51,792 nucleotides of DNA from Octopus bimaculoides (Eukaryota), in NCBI RefSeq assembly GCF_001194135.2, contig NC_068989.1, positions 55,371,249 to 55,423,040 of the forward strand, written 5' to 3'. The number at the start of each line of letters is the position of its first letter. The first letter of the stretch is position 1. Shown in pieces: positions 37,753 to 50,486 of the stretch. Below the pieces are notes generated by a model. The model was given only the letters and a program-made list of their open reading frames with translations, made no database searches and was not told where the DNA came from. A program made the translations under genes and the position numbers.

Positions 37753-39270
37753 TTAGTTATTATGATAAGACTATCATCCTTAGAACATCTCTTACATGTC
37801 CAATGAATCATGTACTGAGTTAATTCAAATACAATTCATACCAAATTTTTATTAGCCTCCAAGAATTTTAAAAAACAGGCAACTTCTGCAACCAAAGCAG
37901 CCAACTAACTTCTAGAAACTTCTGTCTACACCAATTTTACCAACTGATTATACTAAAAACTGTCACTGCTTTAAATATCACAGCTAAAAAGCAATTTAAA
38001 GCAATTAGTAGTTTTGCTTTTTAGTTTTAAGCATAATTACTGTGTTTTAGAAACCAGAAGATATTGGTTCAATTTTATCTAAAAAGAACAACTTCTCGGA
38101 TATTCTTCTTATTTTTTATTTTAATTTCTTTTTTTTATCCTGAATTTCATGAGTCCATCATATCTTTAGTTTTGATTCTCAGCAAACTTCTAACTGAATC
38201 ACGGCACAATGGCCAAACAATATAAAATGTCGGCATTCTGGAGTTTGCATCCTATCAGGTGTTTTGCATCGTGAAGCAGGGTACTTAGCTTCACTTGCTC
38301 CATTCACAAGGTCTACAAAAATTTAGTGGAAAAAATGAAATACAAAATTCAAAGGCAAAGCAGGCTCGCTTTTACTATCCAATCAGCTGACTAATTACAT
38401 CATTATTTAGATATAAAAATTAAGGTCTAGTTGAGATAATAATTGCCACTTAGATGTAAATTTTAAGGTCTACTGGAGATAACAATTGCTGCTGAAGTTA
38501 CAGTGGCATATTAACAAATGAAATGTAGAGCAGCAAAATAAAGATGATTAAGAGAGGTGAATGATTATTAGAAAGAAGACAACCAACAAGACCAAATGAA
38601 ATTCCATTTGAAGTTGACTCCAATAATGCCCCAATAATAGAAACAGTGGAGAAAGAGGAAACTGTTTCCTGAACCACTAAATTTAGAGAAAAGCAGGAAA
38701 AGAAACAATAAATGGTGGAGTTGTGTGCGGTTTTCTTAAACCGAAATTTAAATTGCATTTGGATTTGGATTTGGATAAGTGTGTGTATGGTATGAATGGA
38801 GGAGATATGTGGGTAATTAATTAACCAACATTAACAAAATAAATTATAAAAATATAAGAAAAAGAACCTGTTGATCAGTCAGTGTAGAAAACATGATTAT
38901 AACAATGATGGTGATGATGATGGTTATTTTTTCTTACATAATTATGAAGCTTTAAGTAGAGATAAATGTTTTCGTAATGAAAATGATGATAGTAATGAAG
39001 AAAAAGAATAACAGTAATAATAATAATATACTAATAATGGTGGGGAGGAGGGACCCAAAACAATGTTAAGTATAATAATATGAGGTGAAAGTGGAAAAAT
39101 TACAAAAAAAAAAAATAATAAAATACAACAAATGCCAGGGTTTATAAAATATAAACTAACAACCAACAGAGATAGCTCCTTGAAATACCAGAAGGACTGT
39201 GAGGGAGTACAGGGGGCAGCAGCTCATCTGTAAACAGACGTATGCACCTAAATATAGAAAAGGTGAGAGA

Positions 39271-39313
<43 letters not shown>

Positions 39314-40052
39314 GAGGGAGGGATAAAAAGTTCAGGTAACAGAACAATGTCAAGTGGAGGGGATACAATCNNNNNNNNNNNNNNNNNNNNNNNNNNNNNN
39401 NNNNNNNNNNNNNNNNNNNNNNNNNNNNNNNNNNNNNNNNNNNNNNNNNNNNNNNNNNNNNNNNNNNNNNNNNNNNNNNNNNNNNNNNNNNNNNNNNNNN
39501 NNNNNNNNNNNNNNNNNNNNNNNNNNNNNNNNNNNNNNNNNNNNNNNNNNNNNNNNNNNNNNNNNNNNNNNNNNNNNNNNNNNNNNNNNNNNNNNNNNNN
39601 NNNNNNNNNNNNNNNNNNNNNNNNNNNNNNNNNNNNNNNNNNNNNNNNNNNNNNNNNNNNNNNNNNNNNNNNNNNNNNNNNNNNNNNNNNNNNNNNNNNN
39701 NNNNNNNNNNNNNNNNNNNNNNNNNNNNNNNNNNNNNNNNNNNNNNNNNNNNNNNNNNNNNNNNNNNNNNNNNNNNNNNNNNNNNNNNNNNNNNNNNNNN
39801 NNNNNNNNNNNNNNNNNNNNNNNNNNNNNNNNNNNNNNNNNNNNNNNNNNNNNNNNNNNNNNNNNNNNNNNNNNNNNNNNNNNNNNNNNNNNNNNNNNNN
39901 NNNNNNNNNATTTTCTGAACAAGAGATGATTGTCATAGACATAAAACAATATTTTTTTTTCCAATTGAAAGGGCTTGGAAGATAAAAACATGTTTGTAAT
40001 TGTTGCTTTTTTTTTTATATATATATAATTTGAAACCTTTGAGTCTGAGTGT

Positions 40053-40100
<48 letters not shown>

Positions 40101-43100
40101 AACCAGGTACATCAACAATGAAGAGATGACTAGAGTGAAGTTTCCTAGAAATGATATCAAAGTTTAGGATGTTCTGTTTATATTTTAAAATTTCATTATT
40201 TACAGTTTGCAACAAGTTTTCAAAAACCAGGAATTGATTGAAATATTATTATTATTATTATTATTGATGCTAGTAACAATAACCAAAAAATAATTAAAGA
40301 AAAATGGATCTAGGTCAGTTTAGCTAACAGATGGTCAACAGATAAAAATATCACAAATGTTACCTGTATATACATTCACAGATTATGGATTCTTACATAG
40401 CTGCTTTGTGTTAGAACTAAAATATAAATTCCATACCATTGGTTTCATAAATGCCCATATGTTACCATGGTCACTATATACTTCAACAGGGGTGTAATGA
40501 ATCAATAATTGCATTACACACATATACATATGAGTATGTATGTTTTTATGAGTGTGTGCATGTCAGATGCTATGTGTTAATAACATATATATTGAATATT
40601 TTAAACATTCTACAGGAGTTTGATGTGTGTGCTTGTGAAAATAGATATGGATAAAGTGAAAAAATTCATAACTTTAGGGTGCAAGATTAGATCAAAACTC
40701 ATTCTCTGTTGAAATACGAAATAAAAGAATACATTTTCATATTTGTAATTTCTTATTTTCGAATGCGCAATTTACTTTGAGGTGGGGCAAAGAAAAGAAT
40801 CCGGATGCAATTTGGACCAGAAACAAATACTGCCATTCCTCCAACATGCACCATTGTCGACAGTGGTTATTTTGTGCTAAGAACCTTGAGAATTCTAGAG
40901 TATTCATATTTCTACAACAATCTGTTATTTTTAGAAAGTACTTGTGCGAAATTCCACTTGTTCAGAGAGAAGCATTGTGTTTGCTAAGTGAATGTCAACT
41001 CTTCTTACATGACAGACAAATAAGAAAAGAATAATAACAGTTGTATTGGGTGGATTGTTTAAAGGACATAAAGAAAAAGAACAAAACAAAAAAAAAAAAA
41101 CTATAAATGCTTAAATATTGCATGCTAAACATTTTTGCTCTATTTCAGACAGCATAAAATCTAAATCTTCCCTCGATTACTTTGTTCATTCTTGACAGGC
41201 TACAGACATCTACTTCAACAGAAATCATTCACGAATATCTGCAACTACACTCTCAGGCTTGCCTGCATAGTTATTAATACTGAATAATTTCTATTAAAGT
41301 TGTTTAGACAAATTTTAAGGTAAATGATCAGCTCTGCCAACTAACCAGATGTAACTTGAAGCCTCCATTATTCACATTATTCAATTCACTGGTACCAAAA
41401 CCAAAATAAAACATTTAGTCTCGTATGCAATAAAATACTAAGTTCTAGTTTTTGACCAATAGCATTAGTGATACAAATGTCACATTTGATATATAGAATT
41501 CCATACAAACTATAAAGCCTAGAAAATTAGATATATAAATCTTCCAGTTATGCCTGCTTTAAAATATACTTTAAGTAGTTACATTCCAAATTAAGATAAA
41601 ATTAAAACCAACATTATATATAAAGTAAATTAGTGATCCAAGCAAAATTGAATAAATTGGGTGAAGGTTTTTCTCTCTCGTTAAATTTCCCTTAAAATGC
41701 AATTATCTAAAAATAGAAAACATGCTCTCCTTTAATTCACTTTACTTACTAAAGCTAAACGTATGTATGACTGAATATACAGAGAGTACAGTAAATTTTA
41801 AAAAAACCTATCCTGAAGGTATTAAGCAAGGCAAATGACAAAATCTCACTGCAATCTTATATCAGGTCACAGACTTAATTGGCTGAAAGCACACTTTGCA
41901 AGTAATGAATCCCTGCTTTTCTATAGCAACTCCACATGAATTAGACAATGTATTGAATATAAAATACATTATACAAATTATAGGATTATGTGTTACTATT
42001 TTAGATATTGTTTTAGCTCTTGTATTTGAAACAGTCAGTAAAAGAGAGTATTTCAGTGTGCTTTATTTATTGCACCACGCCATGTTCATTATGTGATACA
42101 TTTAATACAGATTTAGTTTACATGTGTTCCTTAATTCAGTCTAGGCTTCTCTCAACTAGAGTGGAATAAATGCATGATAAAGAATGTGTGAAGAATTTCA
42201 AGGAAAACAAAAATGAAAAGTGAAAAGCTATTTTGTTGAAATGGAGCAACTATAAACATGTGTATGGTAACATCAGAACAAAGTACCAAATATTTTTCTT
42301 TTGAGCATAAATTGTTGCTGATAGTTGAGGTGGTGGTGAAGCAAGTAACTACACTCCATAGCAAAGATGCAGAAGCTATTTATCAACAGAGAGGGTAAGC
42401 TTACAACTCCAGAGATTTCCTAAAAACTAGTCATCTGCCTTTTGGGGTTGGGGCAGTACATAGCTTAACTGCATAATATGCAGCAGAAATAGGAAAATAA
42501 TAGAGTTTGGTAAAAGAAAGTAATTTTGCCATGTGGTTTATCTTCCACTATTAATAAAGAATAAAAACATACATACTGCCTGTACCAAAAGACTCATTTC
42601 ACCCTAGAGAAGAATTTTGGGAAAATTTTTAGAAGACCTAAGCATCTAAGAAAAACGAGCAAGATCAAAAGGAGTTGACAGTTTGTAGGCATGAGAAAGC
42701 TAACAACTTGAGAAGGAGGCATAAAAACATAACATTTATCCTTAACTAAATAAGTAAACTTAACATTGTCTATAAACACTTCTCAATTGTAAACTGCTTT
42801 ATAGTATAAAGAGAACAAATGCATGGACTGATTCCAGTATTTATCTAACACATTCATACAGCAGATTTCAGGTACTTTAACAACACTAAGACATAAAGAG
42901 GGATAGTAGTGAAGGTTCAAACTTCTGAAATCAAACTAGATACAATGAAGTATCTATCAAGTCTATAATGTTTTATGTCAATTTGTCCTAAGAATGGGTT
43001 CTTCTCCAGGCAGGATGCCTCACATTTTTAGAAGCACAAAGTTATGGAATTCATGCTCTTCTAAAGGGTTTCAATGAGTTCAATGTAGTGGCTTTGACAC

Positions 43101-43191
43101 AACTGAAAGTGGATCGTACACTCAGTCCACTGGCAAATTGGTACCACACAGTAGTAAAGATTACTATTCCACCGTCATAAAAATTATAATG

Positions 43192-43402
43192 ATGTTTCTA
43201 ATTTAGGCACAAAGTCCACAATTTTGACGGGCAAGACTTAGTCAATATCATCAACTCTAGTACTTAACTGGTACTTTATCTTATTGACCTTGAAAGAATG
43301 AATGGCAAAGTTAACCTCAGTGCAATTTGAACTCAGAGTGTAAAAAGCTGGAACAAATGCTGCAAAGCAGTTTTTCCACTGATTTAACAATTCTGCCAAC
43401 TC
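43192..43402 (-). mobile_element. SINE family A, old and CpG-free
   Basis: aggcacaaag...actggtactt...gaatgaatggcaaagttaacctc...aatttgaactcaga. Confidence 0.75.
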
Positions 43403-44129
43403 AATAGAATAATATTGATGACAATGATGATGATGATAATAATAATGATAATAATAATAATATTACAAAGAAGAGGGATAGTTAGTCTTCCTTATTGAAA
43501 ACTGTTGCATACATTCCTAATTACTGAATAAAATATCAACACATCGCTTTGGAATTTGAAAATCTAAAACACATTTTTTATGTTATATCAGTTTTGAGAG
43601 GAGAAAGAATAGACAAACAATGATAAACACAGAATTTTTAAAAAAGTGTGTGTGTTTATGTGAGGTGTGTGAGATTTAATAAGAGAAAAAGTAACTGGTG
43701 AAATGAGTTGATTAGCAAGCATGTCAATGAAATGCAATAACCTGCAAATGTGTTGTAATGCATACACCTTCACTGCTCTGTTCATGTATAGTATACACAC
43801 ATGAATATATACATTACAGTGTAGATGTTTTATAGCCATCCTACAACACTTAATACATGAGGAGATGGATGGTTCTTGTTTGAGAAATTATTTTATCATT
43901 TATATTTCATTTGATGTTCTTCATACTGCTAACCACAGAACCATGGAGTATTATATGTAAATATATATATATATATACTTGATGTTTATGGCTTCTTGCA
44001 ACACGACCAGATATCCTAACTCTTGCCGCTGAAGAGACTAAAGTCAAAACATCTGGCCATGCTGTTAGAAGACAATAAACACCAAGAGCATGTATATATA
44101 TATATATATATATATATTTATTTATTTAT

Positions 44130-44185
44130 TTATTTATTTATGTGTTTCAGCCAAGTGGCTGCAGTCATGCTGGTGCACCATATTA
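44130..44185 (-). mobile_element. Family C SINE tail fragment
   Basis: gtttcagccaagtggctgcagtcatgctggtgcacc. Confidence 0.55.
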
Positions 44186-44749
44186 ATTTGAAATTCCAAA
44201 TTGATTAAGCTAGGGTGTTTTAAATGCAACTAAGCAAAGATGGGAAAGCAAAATCAAATTATTGTTACTTCTGATTTAGGAAAACTGAAATAGAAACTTG
44301 AAATTTAAACTGAAGTTGTTTTGCAAATATACATTGATAGAACAAATGCAGTTTTCCTTCTACAATGTTTCAGTACCACACCATCAGTTTTTGGACTATG
44401 AAAACTAAAACTTTTAAACTAAAAAGAAAAACATTTTAAGCAAACTTCCCACTAAGGCATTTAATGTCCGGGGGTATATGTATGCAGACTACATTTCACT
44501 TTAGAGTCTCTCTCTCTCTTCATTGTGATGCCACATATAAATATTGGGTCAAGATTTTCCATAACTATGACATAATTTTTTTTGCATAGTCCCACAAAAA
44601 CATGCATACACAGACACACACACATGCACCCAAATATATTTCAGCATAGAAACAAGTAACCATTTGTACATGAACATATTCAAATAATAAAGACACAATG
44701 CACTCTCACACACACATGTCAATGATACATAAAACAGGGGTATGCATGT

Positions 44750-44868
44750 GCTTATAATATATATATATATGTGTACATATATATATGCACATATACATAT
44801 ATGCATATCTATATATACATATTTATATGCATATATACAGGCATATATATATATATATAAGCATATAC

Positions 44869-44899
<31 letters not shown>

Positions 44900-45240
44900 T
44901 GCATATATATATACATACACACATATACACACACAGACACATATATATAAATACATACATATATATACATATATATAAATACATACATATATATAGTTAT
45001 ATATATATTCATATATATATATATGCATACATACATACATTTATACATACACACACATACACATATACATTTATACACACACACATACACAAACATATNN
45101 NNNNNNNNACATATATATAAATACATACATATATATAGTTATATATATATTCATATATATATATATGCATACATACAGACATATACACACGCAAGCACAT
45201 GTAGACTAACATGCACACACACACGCACGCATATATATAT
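44750..45240. repeat. TA/CA compound low-complexity tract containing a 10-N gap
   Basis: Direct inspection. Confidence 0.95.
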
Positions 45241-45379
45241 TTAAAAATATCTATAGCCACTATCTTAAATAATGTATTTGTACACATGAAAAATATGTCA
45301 TAGAAGAACCGAACCAATAATATGTGATTCCCTGTAAAGAAAATCAGTTGTCACAAACTGAAAGTGTATACGTGTGTGT

Positions 45380-45424
<45 letters not shown>

Positions 45425-45719
45425 GATGAATGCTTATATAACATTGTCTTAACTAGGTATGATACATTATTGAAGAGTAAAGGATGTTAAGTGTCTCACA
45501 CTCAGACACAACCTAACACCCTGCAACTGTATTTGAACCCATCATACACTGCACCTTACCCTTCGACCATTTAAAAACCAAAGAAGAAAAGGTGTGTGTG
45601 TATAAATGTATGTATATGTATATATATATATATATATACATGTGTTTATGTATGCGCGAATGCATGTACATATGTGTAAGCATACACAAAAACATGTCCA
45701 ATAAGCAAAAGATATACAT

Positions 45720-45752
<33 letters not shown>

Positions 45753-46926
45753 ATATATATAAAGACCTATGCAGTTAGCACTCACACATTTTTACATATG
45801 TAAGAGCCAAGATGCTTGATGAAAACCCTATGGTTTAACCCCAGCCTTTGGTTAGTTACACAAACATGTGTAGTATAAATGTCAACTCACTAACTGAGCC
45901 CTTTTTTTTTGCAGTTTCTTCCTTCTTTCTTTCTTTCTTCCTTTTTTTTTTTTTAATTCCATTCTGTTTGTTTACTTTGCCTCAGATAATATGACATAGA
46001 TAATTTGACTGTGTAGTCATATGTGAAGAAAGAAAAAGTAATATAGTGAGACCAAACTTATATAAAATAAAATTAAAATAACAAGGAGTAGAAATGTTTG
46101 AATAAGCCAAGTTTCCGATGTACAACAAATGCTTCCTTCATTCTTTTAACATTAAAAGCCATAGTCCATATATTAATTTTCTTTGCTTTTGCTTTCTTTT
46201 TCTATTANNNNNNNNNNNNNNNNNNNNNNNNNNNNNNNNNNNNNNNNNNNNNNNNNNNNNNNNNNNNNNNNNNNNNNNNNNNNNNNNNNNNNNNNNNNNN
46301 NNNNNNNNNNNNNNNNNNNNNNNNNNNNNNNNNNNNNNNNNNNNNNNNNNNNNNNNNNNNNNNNNNNNNNNNNNNNNNNNNNNNNNNNNNNNNNNNNNNN
46401 NNNNNNNNNNNNNNNNNNNNNNNNNNNNNNNNNNNNNNNNNNNNNNNNNNNNNNNNNNNNNNNNNNNNNNNNNNNNNNNNNNNNNNNNNNNNNNNNNNNN
46501 NNNNNNNNNNNNNNNNNNNNNNNNNNNNNNNNNNNNNNNNNNNNNNNNNNNNNNNNNNNNNNNNNNNNNNNNNNNNNNNNNNNNNNNNNNNNNNNNNNNN
46601 NNNNNNNNNNNNNNNNNNNNNNNNNNNNNNNNNNNNNNNNNNNNNNNNNNNNNNNNNNNNNNNNNNNNNNNNNNNNNNNNNNNNNNNNNNNNNNNNNNNN
46701 NNNNNNNNNNNNNNNNNNNNNNNNNNNNNNNNNNNNNNNNNNNNNNNNNNNNNNNNNNNNNNNNNNNNNNNNNNNNNNNNNNNNNNNNNNNNNNNNNNNN
46801 NNNNNNNNNNNNNNNNNNNNNNNNNNNNNNNNNNNNNNNNNNNNNNNNNNNNNNNNNNNNNNNNNNNNNNNNNNNNNNNNNNNNNNNNNNNNNNNNNNNN
46901 NNNNNNNNNNNNNNNNNNNNNNNNNN

Positions 46927-47034
46927 ACATATATATACATACATATATATACATATATATACATACATATATATACATATATATACATACATATATATAC
47001 ATATATATAAATACATATATATATACATATATAT

Positions 47035-47066
<32 letters not shown>

Positions 47067-47180
47067 CCTCACACACACATGCACAGTAACAAACATATGC
47101 ATGGTCTCACATACATACATACATCCATATATACATACATATACTGATGTACACGTACATATATATATATATATATATAT
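46927..47180. repeat. TA/CA compound microsatellite (about 18-bp higher-order unit acatatatatacatacat)
   Basis: Direct inspection. Confidence 0.9.
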
Positions 47181-47681
47181 TTTTTTTTTTTCTGAGCGCA
47201 CATTAAGATGCAACAGAGCAACAGCAGCAACACTGATTGGCAGGACTTGAATAATTTTTGAAAAAAACGTTAAAGCTGACAGAACACGCCATACTTCTAA
47301 CGCAGCAGGGTTATTGTGTTTCCTGTTTGTTTCTCTTTCTTTTCTAATCAACATCAACGATGATTTGGGTAGCTGAAGTAGTGGTTACCTCTGTTTCACA
47401 GCACCATAACAACTTTGACCGACAATTTGTGCACCCCGCTGGGCTTTAGCCATCAGCATTCTAGTACAACTGGCAAGTAAGACTGATGCTCAACTGTTTA
47501 TCCCTCGTTTCAACACTGTACACAAGTGAAGAGCTTAAGAGGGCTTTGGTGTTTTTTTTGTTTGTAATTTGTTTGTTTGTTTCACAATCCGATTTACAAA
47601 GAAAGAAAGAGAAAGAAAGATGGAGATAAAAAAAAAACAGGTAGAGTGAGAAATAATATATGTTTAATTGTGTGGCGCTAC

Positions 47682-49757
47682 TCAAGTAGTCTTTAACATT
47701 TTTTGTAAAGTTGGACATTTGCTTCCTTCAGTGTCAGGCATTGTTGAATCCCCAGCTTCATCACATGAAGAGAGAGGTTCTTTTTGAGATTCTTCGTCAG
47801 ACACTTTAGAGTTCGTTGATGGTGGCTGTTCATTAGAAGTGGGCGTGTTGTTTTCTGAGTTTGAATTTGGGTTGATAGAAGAGTCATCATGACTGACTTC
47901 CCAGTCAGAATTATTGGCGGTTGATATGTCAGTAGCGCACACGTTAGGACATGGACTAGTATTATCATTTGAAGGGCAATTAGCAGAACTCTTGGACACT
48001 TTGGCTGATGGACAGTCTGTTTCCTTAGAAGAGTCAACACTTCTCTTATGGTTAGGACAACTATCCTTTTGGTCTTTTGGACTACCAGCTGAGGAGTGTT
48101 GAGGGGACGATGATGAAACGAACCTGGAGAAATCTGCAGATAAGCAACAGGCACCTTGGGAATTCTTTGGAGTGGAACATGGATTTGCATTCGATGAATG
48201 GTTACAGTGCAAGCAAGAGTCAACATTGGAACAAATGGTTTTGGTTGAATGTTTACATAAATGTCTTTTATCATTAGGTGTCTTAGAACAAGGTTCCTCA
48301 GGAACTGGGCTACCAAGTTTCTTCACTTCCTCTTTTGCAATTCGACAGAGTTCAAGTTCATTCCGAACAATCCACTTGTTTTTACCAACAGATATTATCT
48401 CGAGTTCACTGTCACCAAATATAAGATAATTTCGCTCATATGAAGATTTAAGGGAGGGTACAACAGCTTTTGACTGCTTGCTCTCCTGCTTCTCAGATAA
48501 AGTGGAAGCTGGAGGTGTAGGGACTGATACAGTAGAGCTCCGTGTCAAAGGGGTTTTAACTTCTTCCAAAGACTCACCTACTGCTAATGGACTGCAAATA
48601 TCTAACGATTTCTCAGCTCCTTTTCCTGGCTTCCGAGACTGTACGGGTTCTTGCTCTTTATAAGCTGACGCTGATAAATCTAATGGGGTACTTGGATTAG
48701 ACACATCCAAACTAGAGTTAGATAAGTCCACCGGGGGCTTGAGTGGATGTAAACCATTTGGATAATAGCACACTGCAGCTGGACTAACACATGGAGAGAG
48801 CACCACACCTCGACTTTGTCTGGCTTGACTTAGTCCACGGTCTGGCAAACTATAGTCATAGTAAACAGCACCAAACTTATCATAACCAATTGGAAATGAA
48901 GACTTTGATGATCCAGCAGAACTGCTGCGACTAGCAGTCAATAAGTCTTGTGATGACTTAGTTGGAGCAGGAGTAGCTCCTTTATTAGAAGACAAGCGGG
49001 AGTGTTCATTAACTCCAGAGGATTTTGATGAAACTGTAGACCGTAATGAAGAATTTGTATTGCTTTGAGAAACCAGAATACTTTCTGGACCACTGGAAGA
49101 TGAATTTGATAAACTTATGTCAGATGTAGGAATTGAAACCATTTTATGGGAGATCAAAAGTGATTGGTTACTAATGGATGTAGGAAGGGCTGATGCCAAC
49201 TCATTCTTTTTGCTTGAAGATGCTAAAGTACTTTCAGTTTTATCACTATTACTGGAAGATTTATCTGAGCTTGCTGCTGATGTTGGTAGAGCAGACTGTG
49301 CAGAGGGATATGCAGCAGAAGCTTGGTTGAACAAATGAGATATTACATCTTGAAGACTTGGTTTGGAGCTTTCGCTCTTTGAAGGAAAAGATGAAGTGTT
49401 CTTGTGCATGTTTTCTACAGAAACGGTTTTCATGTTCAAATTCTCTGAAGGATGGTGACCACTGGTAGAACTCTCTGGTACACCATCAGATGATTTTGGT
49501 CTTCTTTGTGAGCTAGTATGCATTGCATTATGACTAGTGGTTGGCTTGGTATCTCCATTCATAGTGTCAGTCTGTGTATGCACATTGTTTGCAAATGCAG
49601 CTGCTGATGCAGACCTAGGGTTGATCACATTGTAAAAAGCAGGCTGTGTCAAGGAGGTAGAAGAGGCCAGACTCTCTGGTGCTAGCTGGGTGGGAATTTG
49701 ACCCATGTAGTATGCCCTCTGGATTAAAGTTTCCTCAATTTCATCACAGCCAGTTAA
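47682..49757 (-). CDS. Pax-beta: Pax transcription factor, large terminal coding exon (691 aa + stop), S/T/P-rich tail with YDYSLPDRGL, PVDLS and PLDLS motifs
   Basis: Acceptor ttttttttctccAG at 49758-49759 is phase 0. It adds LTGCDEIEETLIQRAYY in frame before the 674-aa ORF and is phase-compatible with the Paired exon across a 729-bp intron. Stop TGA at 47684-47682. The subfamily call rests on my recollection that YDY(S/N)LPDRGL and PLDLS are the described Pax-beta motifs. No homeodomain or octapeptide is visible. Confidence 0.8.
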   Translation of the reverse strand, partial: LTGCDEIEETLIQRAYYMGQIPTQLAPESLASSTSLTQPAFYNVINPRSASAAAFANNVHTQTDTMNGDTKPTTSHNAMHTSSQRRPKSSDGVPESSTSGHHPSENLNMKTVSVENMHKNTSSFPSKSESSKPSLQDVISHLFNQASAAYPSAQSALPTSAASSDKSSSNSDKTESTLASSSKKNELASALPTSISNQSLLISHKMVSIPTSDISLSNSSSSGPESILVSQSNTNSSLRSTVSSKSSGVNEHSRLSSNKGATPAPTKSSQDLLTASRSSSAGSSKSSFPIGYDKFGAVYYDYSLPDRGLSQARQSRGVVLSPCVSPAAVCYYPNGLHPLKPPVDLSNSSLDVSNPSTPLDLSASAYKEQEPVQSRKPGKGAEKSLDICSPLAVGESLEEVKTPLTRSSTVSVPTPPASTLSEKQESKQSKAVVPSLKSSYERNYLIFGDSELEIISVGKNKWIVRNELELCRIAKEEVKKLGSPVPEEPCSKTPNDKRHLCKHSTKTICSNVDSCLHCNHSSNANPCSTPKNSQGACCLSADFSRFVSSSSPQHSSAGSPKDQKDSCPNHKRSVDSSKETDCPSAKVSKSSANCPSNDNTSPCPNVCATDISTANNSDWEVSHDDSSINPNSNSENNTPTSNEQPPSTNSKVSDEESQKEPLSSCDEAGDSTMPDTEGSKCPTLQKMLKTT

Positions 49758-50486
49758 CTGGAGAAAAAAATAAAATGGTAAAGTGTGAAATTAATAAAAA
49801 ATAAAAAAAAACATAGATGATTGAAAAAAAAACCCTGATATTTACATAGAATTATATGAGAAATCAGAAGAGTAGTAATATTTAATACAGTAAGAGGGTA
49901 ATTATATATAGTAGAGCACTAGGCATTTCTGAAGTTTTATTTCAGTTGTGAGGAAAATTTTGCTATTATTGTATTTATTATAGTCATGATCAGACAAGGA
50001 AATTTATTGATGAAGAGAGGCTTGCAACAAAGTACCACTACTTCCTTGATTGTTATGTACATGTGCCTTTACTATATTCTGATAAAGTATACTGTATACT
50101 GTGAGAGTTGATGATTAGTTATTTGACTGAGTACCAATGTAGTATGTTGTTATTTAAGATTTGATAGTAGGATAAAGATTTCGGCAGGTGGTGCCAACAG
50201 GCCGTAGCTTTATCATGGAAATATCATAAACTGCCAATTATAAACAAATAGCAACAATCTGTAAATCTACCAAATTCATGGCATTACAAGGATAAAAAAG
50301 AAAAAATCAGGCATGCAAAAATGTAGGAAGACAGCATTAATTGCAGAACATTTCAAAAGAAAGATGATTTCTAGAAATCTAGCGGAGACTTAATTATAAT
50401 GAATGAAACATTACCATTATTCTTAGATTTTTAAGCTACATTAGTTGATTGTTAGTGTGGTTAATAAGAAAATAAAGATTTCTCAC

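Noticed and set aside
38270-38295. gtgaagc...gcttcac hairpin as a possible pre-miRNA
   Set aside because: The stem is only 7 bp with poor extension, far below pre-miRNA length.
40777-41034. Short ORFs in a slightly more complex segment
   Set aside because: No recognisable homology or splice context.
44940-45175. ~65-bp duplication on both sides of the 10-N gap
   Set aside because: Low-complexity sequence flanking a minimal gap; most likely an unmerged contig overlap.
47693-48316. 207-aa overlapping ORF in another frame of the Pax exon
   Set aside because: It starts at TTG and lies in the +1 frame, where stops need xTA/xTG codons (Leu/Val/Ile/Met). These are scarce in this hydrophilic region, so an open frame is expected.
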